From the NCBI GenBank assembly GCA_963765495.1, contig CAVXWP010000008.1:160001-224000 (forward strand): DNA of 64,000 nt, written 5' to 3'. The DNA is from Blastocatellia bacterium. GTDB taxonomy: Bacteria > Acidobacteriota > Blastocatellia > UBA7656. The notes under the pieces are model-generated. The model saw nothing but the letters and a program-made list of their open reading frames with translations, made no database searches and was not told where the DNA came from. Positions 9,180 through 18,996 of the stretch are shown here, piece after piece (the stretch's first letter is position 1; each line of letters begins with the position of its first letter). A program made the position numbers and the translations under genes.

Positions 9180-10258
9180 TTCGCCAGCTTCTCCTTTATC
9201 AGATTTGCCAGGTCCTCTCCGTGATTCACGGCGTTGGCCGCCGCAAGCCCAAGCTCGGTCCTGATATAATCGGCCCCCATCTCTGAATCAGTGACAGGGC
9301 CGCTCACTACATCTATCTTTACTCCGTGACCGGCCAGCAATTCGCGGCCTCCCCACGCGCCTACGAAATCGCCCGCGCAGAAGACAAGCGCAGCCGTGGA
9401 CTCCATCAATTCCGCATCATTAAAGATGCTCTCTACGCCGTAGCCACCAAGTATGCCGTCGCCAAGCTCGATCACCACGCAATCAGGCTCGACCGAGTCA
9501 AGCTCGCGGATGACGCCTTTCGAGATAGGGGCCAGATCGCCGAGCTTTACCGTCGAGGGCAACCCGCAATCGAGAAAACTCAACGTCTTTACCGCGCCGT
9601 GATCCTGCATGTTGAGCGTATCGCGCAGGCAGGCTACTCCCGCGAGCTTTGCCGCCGCTACTCGAAGACCGGCGCGAGCCAGATGCTTTATGATCTCGGT
9701 CGCGGCATAGGTCTTACCTGAATTCATGCAGGTCCCCGCCACAAGGATGAGTGGCACCTTTACATCAAGCGTGTCGAGAGGGGATATAGCTCCTTCTGCG
9801 ATGTTGAGTATCCGTCCGTCACGCACGGGCATGCCAAGCACCTCAACTTCTATGGCATTGTTGAGACTGTGGTGATGCCCCACACAACGGCCTATCAGCC
9901 CGCCCAGGTTTAACAGGTGCAGGCGGTCGCCCGTTTCTATTGCATCGGGGACATCGCCCACAAAGCCTTTGAGCGCACGGCGGTATCCCAGCACACCGGC
10001 TACAATGTCGCCCGGATTGATCTTTGCCATGCGGCCCGTTATCAATTCGAGCGTGTTGTAGGTCGCATTGTCGGTCAGCGTGCGAACAACAACGACATTG
10101 CCCGGACGCGACTCGCACTCGGTAGTGATTTCCAACTCGTGGCCGAGCCCGAGATTCACCGTGGCCGAGGCTATTTTATCCACCCGCACAAGCCTTAAAT
10201 CCGTTCCCTGTGCGACGACTGGCTTCCCGTCTACTTCAATCAATTGCCCGCTCAACAT
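9167..10258 (-). CDS. DUF1611-like P-loop protein of unknown function within the arg operon
   Basis: VAGTCMNSGKT P-loop-like motif, AAKLAGVACLRD, VIELGDGILG; overlaps argC start by 13 bp. Confidence 0.7.
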   Translation of the reverse strand: MLSGQLIEVDGKPVVAQGTDLRLVRVDKIASATVNLGLGHELEITTECESRPGNVVVVRTLTDNATYNTLELITGRMAKINPGDIVAGVLGYRRALKGFVGDVPDAIETGDRLHLLNLGGLIGRCVGHHHSLNNAIEVEVLGMPVRDGRILNIAEGAISPLDTLDVKVPLILVAGTCMNSGKTYAATEIIKHLARAGLRVAAAKLAGVACLRDTLNMQDHGAVKTLSFLDCGLPSTVKLGDLAPISKGVIRELDSVEPDCVVIELGDGILGGYGVESIFNDAELMESTAALVFCAGDFVGAWGGRELLAGHGVKIDVVSGPVTDSEMGADYIRTELGLAAANAVNHGEDLANLIKEKLAKWSM

Positions 10259-10289
10259 TCTCTTTCTCCTTGCTGTAATGTGAGGACAT

Positions 10290-10366
10290 TGATGCGTGAT
10301 GCGTGACCTTTCAGGTAGATGGCTGTTTACCAGCTAAACGCAAATTTCACGCATCACGCATCACGC
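10290..10366. repeat. REP-like inverted pair of GATGCGT repeats
   Basis: tgatgcgtgatgcgtga ... tcacgcatcacgcatcacgc; encodes the last residues and stop of argG (RDA*). Confidence 0.88.
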
Positions 10367-11574
10367 CTCCCCGCTAACTTTCTCATCCTCAAACGAAGCG
10401 CATTGAGCTTTATAAACCCTTCTGCATCGCGCTGATTGTAAACCGTGTCTCGTTCAAATGTGGCAAATGCTTCTGAATAAAGCGAAAGCGGCGAACGCCT
10501 GCCGACAACCGTGCAATTGCCCTTGTAGAGCTTTAGCCGCGCCGTGCCTGTGACGTTCTTTTGCGTCTGATCAAGAAGCGCGCGTATCGCTTCAAATTCC
10601 GGCGAATACCAGAAGCCGTAATAGATCATCTCGGCCACCCGCTCGTTTAGCGAATTCTTCAGGTGGGCGACTTCACGGTCGAGCGTGAGCGATTCCACCG
10701 CCCTGTGCGCTGCCTGCAAAATGGTCATGCCCGGTGTCTCGTAAACGCCGCGAGACTTCATCCCGACAAATCGGTTCTCAACCAGATCCACCCGCCCAAT
10801 GCCATGCTCGCCGCCTATGCGGTTGAGCCGGTCGAGAAGAATCGCGGGCGAAAGCGGCTCGCCGTCAACCGCCACGGGGATGCCTGAGTCGAATTCCACC
10901 TCTACATAGACGGGCGCATCCGGGGCCTGTTCGGGCGAGCGGGTGAGAATGAAAATCTCATCGGGCGGCTCGGCCCACGGGTCTTCTAAAATCCCGCCTT
11001 CGTAACTTATGTGCATCAGGTTGCGATCTATCGAATATGGTTTCTCTTTTGTCGCGGTGACAGGAATATCGTGACGTTCGGCATAGGCTATCAGGTCGGA
11101 GCGCGACTTGAATTGCCATTCGCGCCATGGCGCTATCACTTGAATATCCGGTTCGAGCGCGTAATAGGTAAGCTCGAACCTCACCTGATCGTTTCCTTTG
11201 CCCGTAGCCCCGTGAGCCACCGCCCCGGCTCCTTCCTTGCGCGCAATCTCTATCTGTTTCTTTGCGATCAAAGGACGGGCAAGCGAAGTGCCCAGAAGAT
11301 AAACGCCTTCGTAAACCGCGTTGGCCTTTAGAGCGGTGAATACAAAATCGCGCACGAATTCCTCGCGCAGGTCTTCGACGTATAACTTCGATGCGCCCGT
11401 CGCGTATGCCTTTTCTTCAAGCCCGCCAAGCTCTTCGGCCTGCCCTACATCGGCCGCGAAACAGATCACTTCCGAACCATAGTTTTCTTTTAGCCAGCGC
11501 AGTATGACCGATGTGTCCAGCCCTCCCGAATATGCCAGCACTACCTTCTCAATTTTCTTCTCTTCCGATTGCAT
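10354..11574 (-). CDS. argG: argininosuccinate synthase
   Basis: [41 protein letters not shown]. Confidence 0.97.
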   Translation of the reverse strand: MQSEEKKIEKVVLAYSGGLDTSVILRWLKENYGSEVICFAADVGQAEELGGLEEKAYATGASKLYVEDLREEFVRDFVFTALKANAVYEGVYLLGTSLARPLIAKKQIEIARKEGAGAVAHGATGKGNDQVRFELTYYALEPDIQVIAPWREWQFKSRSDLIAYAERHDIPVTATKEKPYSIDRNLMHISYEGGILEDPWAEPPDEIFILTRSPEQAPDAPVYVEVEFDSGIPVAVDGEPLSPAILLDRLNRIGGEHGIGRVDLVENRFVGMKSRGVYETPGMTILQAAHRAVESLTLDREVAHLKNSLNERVAEMIYYGFWYSPEFEAIRALLDQTQKNVTGTARLKLYKGNCTVVGRRSPLSLYSEAFATFERDTVYNQRDAEGFIKLNALRLRMRKLAGRRDA

Positions 11575-11593
11575 TAAATAGTTCCTCCAGATT

Positions 11594-12076
11594 TCACCAC
11601 GACCACAGCGCTCTACTACCCGCCTTTGAAGATCGCCCCTCGGCCCGCTTCGCAGTCTGAGCGGGGCGCGAAAACAGTTTGACGATCTTCTTCATCGTCA
11701 GGCGCTGAGCAGCCTGATTTTTTACCGCTATGATGATCGTATCGTCGCCTGCCACCGTGCCTACGATCTCCGCAATATCCGCTCGATCAATCGCAAGCGC
11801 GGCCGGCTGTGCCTGACCCGTCTCTGTCTTCACGACAATGATGTTATCGCCCGCCGTATCGATAGCCATAACGGGTCCGCCTACAGGAATCGCCGCCTGT
11901 GGCGCAGTGTAGCGCCCATCCACCTTCGCCAATCCTATCTCGACGATGTCTCGCGAAATACTCGATTGAGTAACCTTGAAACCTCGGCGGGCGACCTCGC
12001 GCGCAAGCTCCTGCTGTGTCGCCACCGGCTTCTTGCTGATAATATCCAGTATCTCCTGTTGCCGCTTCCTCTTCAT
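11594..12076 (-). CDS. argR: arginine repressor
   Basis: [26 protein letters not shown] arginine-binding motif. Confidence 0.92.
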   Translation of the reverse strand: MKRKRQQEILDIISKKPVATQQELAREVARRGFKVTQSSISRDIVEIGLAKVDGRYTAPQAAIPVGGPVMAIDTAGDNIIVVKTETGQAQPAALAIDRADIAEIVGTVAGDDTIIIAVKNQAAQRLTMKKIVKLFSRPAQTAKRAEGRSSKAGSRALWSW

Positions 12077-12089
12077 ATTACCCGTTTCT

Positions 12090-12152
12090 ATGCGCTATTA
12101 TTGCATATTATGCGCATATTACTGCTAAAGATGCATAAACTTAGCATATGCG
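12090..12152 (-). promoter_or_regulatory. putative ARG-box operator region
   Basis: AT-rich stretch with several TGCAT/ATGC half-sites (tgcatattatgcgca, tgcataaacttagca) just upstream of argR. Confidence 0.45.
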
Positions 12153-12372
12153 TTTGCCGATGGTCAAATCATTTAAGGAGAAACAGCAGGGGTGAATTTA
12201 GGGTGAGGGGCAGATCAGGAATCGAAATGAAGGAAAGGGAGGCCAGACGAGGCCTCCTCGATCACTAAAGAGCATCCAGGCGAATCACTTCGAAAAAAGG
12301 GTTAAGACTCTTTTAAAGGGACGAAACAGACCGGGGCTTGCTTTCCCGGATATACAAACAGGCTTGAAAATA

Positions 12373-12549
12373 TTAATAGCCCTTATCGCGGAAAACGAGC
12401 AAATAGACTCCGGCCCCGATAATCGGGAAGCACAGGATTAGAACGATCACTACGACCTTTGTCGCCGTATCGCGGTTTGAGCGCAACACATCACTTATGG
12501 CGAAAATGTCGAGTAAGATTGACGCCATAGTCAAAATCCAACTGAACAT
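12373..12549 (-). CDS. small membrane protein, PLDc_N-like (58 aa, missing from ORF track)
   Basis: Read manually: MFSWILTMASILLDIFAISDVLRSNRDTATKVVVIVLILCFPIIGAGVYLLVFRDKGY; aaggag RBS; P-I-I-G-x3-Y-L pattern. Confidence 0.8.
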   Translation of the reverse strand: MFSWILTMASILLDIFAISDVLRSNRDTATKVVVIVLILCFPIIGAGVYLLVFRDKGY

Positions 12550-12802
12550 ATTGATCTGATCTCCTTTCGTAAGTCGGTATATCTTACACCCGTCCCGGCT
12601 ACTTTGCTTTATCTTTCACGTGCCGATGATCTGGTGAATACCCTTCGATAGGGCCGTGCCCGGCCATTTTACCATTGCCTCTAAGTTTACGTAGCTTTTC
12701 CATCGAAAGTTCTAGGTGTGATCACATAAGTTTACAAAAAAAACGACCCGCGCTCATTTGCGCAGGTCGTTTGGAATAAAGCTGTTCTTCAATGTCTTGA
12801 AA

Positions 12803-14455
12803 CTAATTTCTACGAGGCTCGCCGCCCGGAGATGCGGCGCGCAGTCGGCGGATGCCTTCGGCCATTATTTTTGCCTTTGGCATCTCGGCGATAGAGGTTT
12901 GCAATTGAGCGTCGCCGCCCAGCAATACCTGATATGCCGTATCCTGACCGTAGGCAGCGGTCACGGTCTCATATCGAATCTGCATCTTGATGTAGTCGGC
13001 GTCTTTGTCTACCCTTGCCGGGTCGAGTTTCAGGTCTTTATGCTCGCGCAGGAAATTCTTAAAGGCGGCAAGCACCTTCTCATCCACTACATAATCGTCT
13101 GAGGTGAGACGATGGTGATGATCAGCCGGGCGGGCGGACTTGAATTTCTCAAGACCGGTGATTTGACCGGCTACCAGAGGGCGTGTAAATGAAAAGACTG
13201 GCTCGAACCATTCGCGCTGCAACTCGAAGTAATGCTCCGGTATTTTGACCGCAACATCCGGGTCTATGCCGCCGCCGCCGTAAACGGTGCGCCCCGCATC
13301 GGTTCGTTTTTCGTCCGTGCGGTTAACGGCCTCTTTGTCGCCGCGTTTGAGGTAATAATCATAGAGCGAGCGGCCCGCGTATTCGCGCTGAATCAAGCGC
13401 CCGCTTGGTGTGTAATACTTGCCCGTTGTCAATATGAGAGCCGAGCCGTCCGACAACTCGAACGGATTCTGGACCAGCCCTTTGCCAAAGCTGTTTTCGC
13501 CGACTACGCGGGCGCGGTCGTGATCCTGGAGAGCGCCCGCGACGATCTCGGCCGCAGAAGCGGTGCCGCGATTGATGAGCACCACTATGGGATAATCGTC
13601 CGGCACGGGGTTGAAGGCTGCAAGCTCACGCGCTGGAAATACCGAAGGACGACCGCGCATAGAGACAATCTTTTGACCTTTATAAAGGAAGATGTTTGCG
13701 ACTTTCCATGCCTGATTGACAAGCCCGCCGGGATTTCCGCGCAGGTCGAGTATAAGCGATGTCATTCCCAACTGGCGAAGTTCCGTGAGCGCGTTTTGCA
13801 CCTCGTCGTAGGTAGTCGTGTTGAAGCCGCCCTGCAGGTTTATATATCCGACGCCGTTGTCGAGCAGGAAATAATTTGGGATTGAAGGAAGCGGAACCGA
13901 GCCTCGTTTCAGTTTAAATTCTATTGGCTTTTCCGAGCCGATCCGGGCGATCTTAACCGAAACGAAAGTGCCTTCCGGGCCTTTCAGCTTGCTTGAAACC
14001 TTTGAAACGCCCCAGCCAGCCGTTGACTCTCCGTCTATCGCTATTATCTCGTCGCCGTATCGGATTCCTGCGCGATAGGATGCCGTTCCCTCGGTCGGAG
14101 AGAGTATATAAACCTTGCCGTATCGCTGCCCGATTACAGAGCCAATACCGTAATAGCGGCTGCGCTGCTCATTTTGAAAAGTCTCCCACTGTTGCCGGTC
14201 GAAGTACATCGAATGCGGGTCGAGAGTATGCAGCATCCCGTTGATGGATGATTTGGTAATGCGATCCATATCAACTTCGCCCGCAAAATTATCTTTCGCC
14301 ACCAAAAGAGCGCCTGCAAAGTCCTCGGCGATCTTCTGTCTTGTAACGGTTTGGCCCTGGCTTTCGGAAGCCTGACGCTGTCCGGTGGACGCACCGGCGA
14401 ATGTTAGAGGCAGCCATATTGCTACTGCCAGCAACCAGTATTTTCTTGATTTCAT
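12803..14455 (-). CDS. ctpA: S41A carboxyl-terminal processing protease (PDZ + catalytic domain)
   Basis: LDPHS, LDLRGNPGG, TASAAEIVAGALQDHDRA, FGKGLVQ; signal peptide. Confidence 0.9.
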   Translation of the reverse strand: MKSRKYWLLAVAIWLPLTFAGASTGQRQASESQGQTVTRQKIAEDFAGALLVAKDNFAGEVDMDRITKSSINGMLHTLDPHSMYFDRQQWETFQNEQRSRYYGIGSVIGQRYGKVYILSPTEGTASYRAGIRYGDEIIAIDGESTAGWGVSKVSSKLKGPEGTFVSVKIARIGSEKPIEFKLKRGSVPLPSIPNYFLLDNGVGYINLQGGFNTTTYDEVQNALTELRQLGMTSLILDLRGNPGGLVNQAWKVANIFLYKGQKIVSMRGRPSVFPARELAAFNPVPDDYPIVVLINRGTASAAEIVAGALQDHDRARVVGENSFGKGLVQNPFELSDGSALILTTGKYYTPSGRLIQREYAGRSLYDYYLKRGDKEAVNRTDEKRTDAGRTVYGGGGIDPDVAVKIPEHYFELQREWFEPVFSFTRPLVAGQITGLEKFKSARPADHHHRLTSDDYVVDEKVLAAFKNFLREHKDLKLDPARVDKDADYIKMQIRYETVTAAYGQDTAYQVLLGGDAQLQTSIAEMPKAKIMAEGIRRLRAASPGGEPRRN

Positions 14456-14626
14456 AGTCGAGCGCTTTCTCCTTACCAGTGTTACAAGGAACGAAGCCAG
14501 AGGGTCCGCTCTTCGAATTAAAGCTTGCGAGCCACCCGCAAGATACCTCCAGAAAAATTCTACTGGAAGCCTGCGCGGAAAACAACTATTGCTTTGTCAA
14601 AGCCGTTGTTGTTTTCAATCAGAGGA

Positions 14627-15511
14627 TCATTTCTTGCGGATATGGAGGGGGTAAATACCTATTAGGCTGGAATCGGGCTTGCCTGGAACTCCTTCAACCT
14701 TGAGCGAATAGTCTCCCGCAGGAAAGAAGTTCGAATTGAAACCGATAGTTAATGAGTTATACCTGTCGGGTTTGAGCCCCGTGCTCCCCCAGAAGCGGTG
14801 ATTATCCGAAAGTATGGTAACGCGATAAGTCTTGTACCGGGTCTCTCCTTCCAGGGGCACCGAGATGACGAAGTTCTCAGATGTTCGAGACAGCGTGATT
14901 TCATTGACATTCGCAGGGTTCTGTCCGCCGCCTCCCCTTACAGAGGTCAATACGAAGATGGGAAGGTTTATGCCGGCTCGCATCCATGCCTGAGACGTGC
15001 CTGCCGATTCGGCTTGCTGTTTTCTCGCATCCTCAAGTTCAGCCTCAAGCCCCCGAAGCTGCTCGTTCAAGCTCTGTTCCGTTTCCTGATGTTGTTGCTC
15101 GGAAGAGGATGCAGCTTGTTGCTGCTCTTCAAAACGGCGTTGCCATTCGGCAGAAGCGTTTTTTGCCTGATCGGCTTCAAACTGCAATCCACGAATCCGG
15201 CTTATCAGAAACAATGAAATGAGCACGGCTACCAACAGCACGCCGTAAGCAGCAAACGCCCAGTTTTTTACGGAAGGCCATTCCCATGAGAACCAGCGCG
15301 ACCTCTTCCTCTCCCGCCCCTTTTCCTGCTTTACCTCTTCCAAAGCGAACTGCTTAAAGCCTTCTCTGAAATCTCTCGTCGTCTTTAAGCGATTTATACA
15401 CTCAGGACAGTCAATGAAATGCTCTTCGAACCGCTCGCTCTCCTCTGCGACCAGTCTCCCCATCAGGTACCGATCAATCAGATCGAATTGTTCAATATAC
15501 TTGTGATCCAT
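14627..15511 (-). CDS. zf-HC2 anti-sigma factor-like membrane protein
   Basis: FEEHFIDCPEC (HxxxCxxC), one TM segment, coiled coil, C-terminal beta domain; directly downstream of ECF sigma. Confidence 0.8.
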   Translation of the reverse strand: MDHKYIEQFDLIDRYLMGRLVAEESERFEEHFIDCPECINRLKTTRDFREGFKQFALEEVKQEKGRERKRSRWFSWEWPSVKNWAFAAYGVLLVAVLISLFLISRIRGLQFEADQAKNASAEWQRRFEEQQQAASSSEQQHQETEQSLNEQLRGLEAELEDARKQQAESAGTSQAWMRAGINLPIFVLTSVRGGGGQNPANVNEITLSRTSENFVISVPLEGETRYKTYRVTILSDNHRFWGSTGLKPDRYNSLTIGFNSNFFPAGDYSLKVEGVPGKPDSSLIGIYPLHIRKK

Positions 15512-15532
15512 GATGTTCGCCTGATCTCAATA

Positions 15533-15563
15533 GTAAAGTGTAGTCAAAAACTCGTTCATTGCA
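15533..15563 (-). promoter_or_regulatory. putative ECF promoter, copy A (TGCAAT-N17-CACTTTAC)
   Basis: Same bipartite motif and spacing at 20380 and 22066; ends 21 nt upstream of the anti-sigma ATG. Confidence 0.6.
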
Positions 15564-15612
15564 CTTAACTCCGAAAATACTTAGCACGCCAGTTGATGAA
15601 TTGGCTTCTTTC

Positions 15613-16263
15613 TTAATGATCGTCCGACCCGGGTTCACCCGTAAGTTTCAGAAAAAGCTCCCTGAAGCGCTGGTGCGCTCTGAAAATAATGCGACTGAAC
15701 TGCACTCTGCTGAAGTGAAGATCGGCACAGATCGTTTCCTTCTCCTGTTCAAGGATGTAGTAACGAAAAAGGAGATCCTTATCCCGTTGAACGGTCATCT
15801 CGCTAATTACCTTTCGAACGACTTCGGCTTTCTCCTTCTCAAGCAATTGCTGGGAAGGATCGGATGAGGGGGCTGTCAGACCCTCGGCCGCGTCTATGTC
15901 TTCAGCCTTTATTGCCGACCGCATCTTTCGAACAAAATCAATGGCGATAAATTTAGCCGTTTGACAGATAAAGCCCGAGAGTCTTTCAGGCTCGCGGACA
16001 TCTCCGTGTCGGATTTTTTCGAGCACCTTTATCAAAGTTTCCTGGCGCAGGTCTTCCGCTATAGTGTGATTGCGAACAACCTGGTAGATGATATTGTACA
16101 CGCCCTCCTGATATCGGAGAACCATCTCCTCTTCGGCCTCGTGATCCTGCTGCATGATTCGCGCGACCAATTCCACTAATGAGGTTTTATCATTCAACTG
16201 AATCACATCCATTACTTGTTTGCGAAACGGCCTCCTGATGCCTTTGCTGTCTGTTAAACCCAA
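15613..16263 (-). CDS. ECF-type sigma-70 factor (start may be ATG at 16212)
   Basis: AEDLRQETL region 2, IAIDFVRK, C-terminal region-4 HTH (EKETICADL). Confidence 0.85.
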   Translation of the reverse strand: MGLTDSKGIRRPFRKQVMDVIQLNDKTSLVELVARIMQQDHEAEEEMVLRYQEGVYNIIYQVVRNHTIAEDLRQETLIKVLEKIRHGDVREPERLSGFICQTAKFIAIDFVRKMRSAIKAEDIDAAEGLTAPSSDPSQQLLEKEKAEVVRKVISEMTVQRDKDLLFRYYILEQEKETICADLHFSRVQFSRIIFRAHQRFRELFLKLTGEPGSDDH

Positions 16264-16288
16264 CCTAAATTAACGTGTCGTTTATTAC

Positions 16289-18841
16289 CTATTTATTACC
16301 TATAACGATGAAAGGTGCCCAATAATAGGGATGTCGCGTTTCCTTGCCGCTCTTTAGCATCTGGAGCTTTGCCTCGCGGAGCGCGGCGGCGCTGCCCGTC
16401 TTATCAAGCAAGTGGCGATAAAAATCTTTCATCAGATGGCTGGTCGAGATATCGCTGACATCCCAAAGACTTGCGACAACTGACCGTGCTCCCGCATAGA
16501 GAAAGGCGCGGCTCAACCCAACTATACCTTCCCCGGAATACAGACGTCCGCGCCCGGTTTGACAGGCGCTCAAGACTACCAGATCGCAATCCAGATCCAA
16601 TTCGGCAATCTCGCTTGCTTCCAGGAAACCGTCTTCCTGCGGGTCCATGTCCTGTGTGAGGACAACGGCGGATCGTGAGGGATCACTCACATCAACAAGA
16701 CTGTGTGTGGCAAAATGCAAGCGCCTGTAACGACGCAAGGGCTCTGCTTTAACCGCTTCTTCCGTGCAGTCCTTCCCCAGATAGACCCGTCGATGATCCG
16801 GCTTAAACAGCCCGGCAATTTCCTGAACCTCATCACGCGTCCTGGGGAGCGCGGAAAGATTATATCCGTCAGAAATTCTCATGGCTTGTCTTAGGACGTC
16901 TGCTTCGTCGCCGTTACGTTTTATTTTAGATGTCTGCGGCGCGAAGATTGGATCGCCAAAGGCGAGCAGGTCGAGTTTATCGTCGAGTTTATCGTCGAGT
17001 TTATCGCCGGGTTCATCTCCTTTCTTTGAAGCCCTCAACAAAGAGAGCATGCTCGCCGATGGGAGATAGCTGATTTCATGTTCCTCTATGAGAGAGTGCC
17101 CCTCCTGGTTAAGAGTCTCAAAAGGCAGATAGTAAAGAATGCCATCAGGGACAATGATAAACTTCTTGCCCGGTGCGAGTCGCTCGGCTAATCTGCCAAA
17201 TAATATCGCGGAGAGCCTTGCGGCTAAATCCCGCTGTCTGGCAAGCTCTCTATCGAGAAACAGATTATTGGGTCTGGTTGTAATGATGCTCAGGTACTGC
17301 TCGACCGCTTTTTCAATCTCCTGTCGTCCCGGCAAAATTTCCATTGAGACTTCATCTGGGGAAATCAGCCAGAGGAATGAATGTGACTCGCCTAAGAAGT
17401 ACTCTAACACACACCCATCATCCTGTCTCAGATTCTCTTGAATCTGCTCGACGCCAGCGGTCCGAAACCACGCGAATCTATCTTTGGTGTGTTGCATTTC
17501 GGTCTTTAGCTGTTCTTCCTTCAATTTGAATTCAGCCTCTTGAATGTCGGCTTCAATTTTTGCGCGTTGTTTTAGGCTTAATTGTGGGGAGAGCAACTGT
17601 ATGCGGAGGTCGGCCAGGGATCGGGATATCTCGCCGATTCTGCTGTCGTAATCAAGAAGTCTGGACGGTCCGTTTGTGTGTCGCGCCATTATCACAGAGA
17701 GGATGGCTCGAGATCTGGCCTGCTCGGTTTGGTTATAGGCTTCATTTATGCGACCCTGTTCGATCAAGAGTTCCACAAGCTCTCCATAAGGCGCGCGGCG
17801 CTCTTCGCCGAAAGCAATTGCCCCCGATTCTGTAGATTTGGTGACCGACAGCCAGATTCCTTCGATACGACCGATTGCGCGGAAGTATGATTTCACAGCC
17901 TCCTCTTTCAGGCCGTTTGCGCGTTGTGAACGAGCCAGTTCGAGAAAAGCTCGCCACTGCCATTCCCAGACTCCTCGCTTTTCGCCTTCGCTTGTGACCT
18001 GCTTAAATTGGATGGCAGCTAATTCAACGGCCTGTTGAGCGGCGTCCAGGGCTGCTTCCTTCTGCCCGGAAGCCAGACAGAGATCGGAAATTGAGGAAAG
18101 AACCCTGCCTTTTCCCTCTGCATTCGCTGTCTTTTGATAGATCGCGAGTGCCTCATTAAAGGCCGTGCGCGCCGCATCCTTCAGACCCTGCTGCTGAGCT
18201 ATACGACCAGACAGATGTAATAAAGCTGCTTCCATGTCAGCGTTCTTTTGCAGGCGATTCAATTGCCTTGCCTGTTCAATGAATGTGAAGGCCCGTCCTG
18301 TCTCCTTCGATTGATAGGAAAGCGCCGCCAATCCGACTAATGCTTCCGTCTGCGTATAGGCATCCCTGGCCCTGCGGGCCTGATCGAGTGCTTTCACGTA
18401 GTAACGCCCGGCAAGGTCGAAATTGTAGAGTTCAGCAAAAATTTTTGCGATGGAAGTAAAGGCAAGAGCTTTTATGCGGCTGGGAAGCGGTTTTACCTCA
18501 AGCGCCCGGTCGTAATAGTAAAGTGATTCCTGAAAGCGCTTCCTCTCTCTATAGGCATCACCGACCAGAAGAGCCGAATGCGCGGCCTTTTCAGGTTCTC
18601 GCAATTCAATCCATACTCGCATGGCTTCCAGAAGCCGTTCGCGTGCACCACTTTGATCGCTTGTTTCGGAGAGGCTAAGGGCATCTCTTACCAACTCTTC
18701 TGCCTTGCTAGCCGTTTCCGATTGACGGGCTGTTATTTTCGCCTCAGCACTACGGCCAGGAGCAAGAGATACTGTAGCGATCCAGAGAGCCAGACTCACC
18801 GCAAAAATTGTTATGCAGTTTGAAGAAAATTGTCGTATCAA
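16289..18841 (-). CDS. TPR-CHAT (caspase-like) domain protein with N-terminal signal/TM segment
   Basis: TPR helices; IVPDGILYYLPFETL, LHFATHS (catalytic His), VVLSACQTG (catalytic Cys), HPYYWAPF. Confidence 0.92.
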   Translation of the reverse strand: MIRQFSSNCITIFAVSLALWIATVSLAPGRSAEAKITARQSETASKAEELVRDALSLSETSDQSGARERLLEAMRVWIELREPEKAAHSALLVGDAYRERKRFQESLYYYDRALEVKPLPSRIKALAFTSIAKIFAELYNFDLAGRYYVKALDQARRARDAYTQTEALVGLAALSYQSKETGRAFTFIEQARQLNRLQKNADMEAALLHLSGRIAQQQGLKDAARTAFNEALAIYQKTANAEGKGRVLSSISDLCLASGQKEAALDAAQQAVELAAIQFKQVTSEGEKRGVWEWQWRAFLELARSQRANGLKEEAVKSYFRAIGRIEGIWLSVTKSTESGAIAFGEERRAPYGELVELLIEQGRINEAYNQTEQARSRAILSVIMARHTNGPSRLLDYDSRIGEISRSLADLRIQLLSPQLSLKQRAKIEADIQEAEFKLKEEQLKTEMQHTKDRFAWFRTAGVEQIQENLRQDDGCVLEYFLGESHSFLWLISPDEVSMEILPGRQEIEKAVEQYLSIITTRPNNLFLDRELARQRDLAARLSAILFGRLAERLAPGKKFIIVPDGILYYLPFETLNQEGHSLIEEHEISYLPSASMLSLLRASKKGDEPGDKLDDKLDDKLDLLAFGDPIFAPQTSKIKRNGDEADVLRQAMRISDGYNLSALPRTRDEVQEIAGLFKPDHRRVYLGKDCTEEAVKAEPLRRYRRLHFATHSLVDVSDPSRSAVVLTQDMDPQEDGFLEASEIAELDLDCDLVVLSACQTGRGRLYSGEGIVGLSRAFLYAGARSVVASLWDVSDISTSHLMKDFYRHLLDKTGSAAALREAKLQMLKSGKETRHPYYWAPFIVIGNK
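16970..17005. repeat. in-frame 12-bp tandem repeat x3
   Basis: (gtcgagtttatc)3, encoding DKLD-DKLD-DKLD in the CHAT gene. Confidence 0.9.
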
Positions 18842-18902
18842 GGGTTACCCATCTTTCAAATGGTTGGTCATTGTATCATCGCGCTGATTCTATTGAGAAT
18901 AC

Positions 18903-18957
18903 GATAAAGCTCTTTAGGACCGGGTTATGAACTAACCCGGTCCTAAAGAGCTTTATC
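18903..18957. repeat. perfect 25-bp inverted repeat with 5-nt loop
   Basis: gataaagctctttaggaccgggtta-tgaac-taacccggtcctaaagagctttatc. Confidence 0.92.
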
Positions 18958-18996
18958 ACAGTCACAAACAGGAAGGCCGCAGCCCGACAGAGCGTC

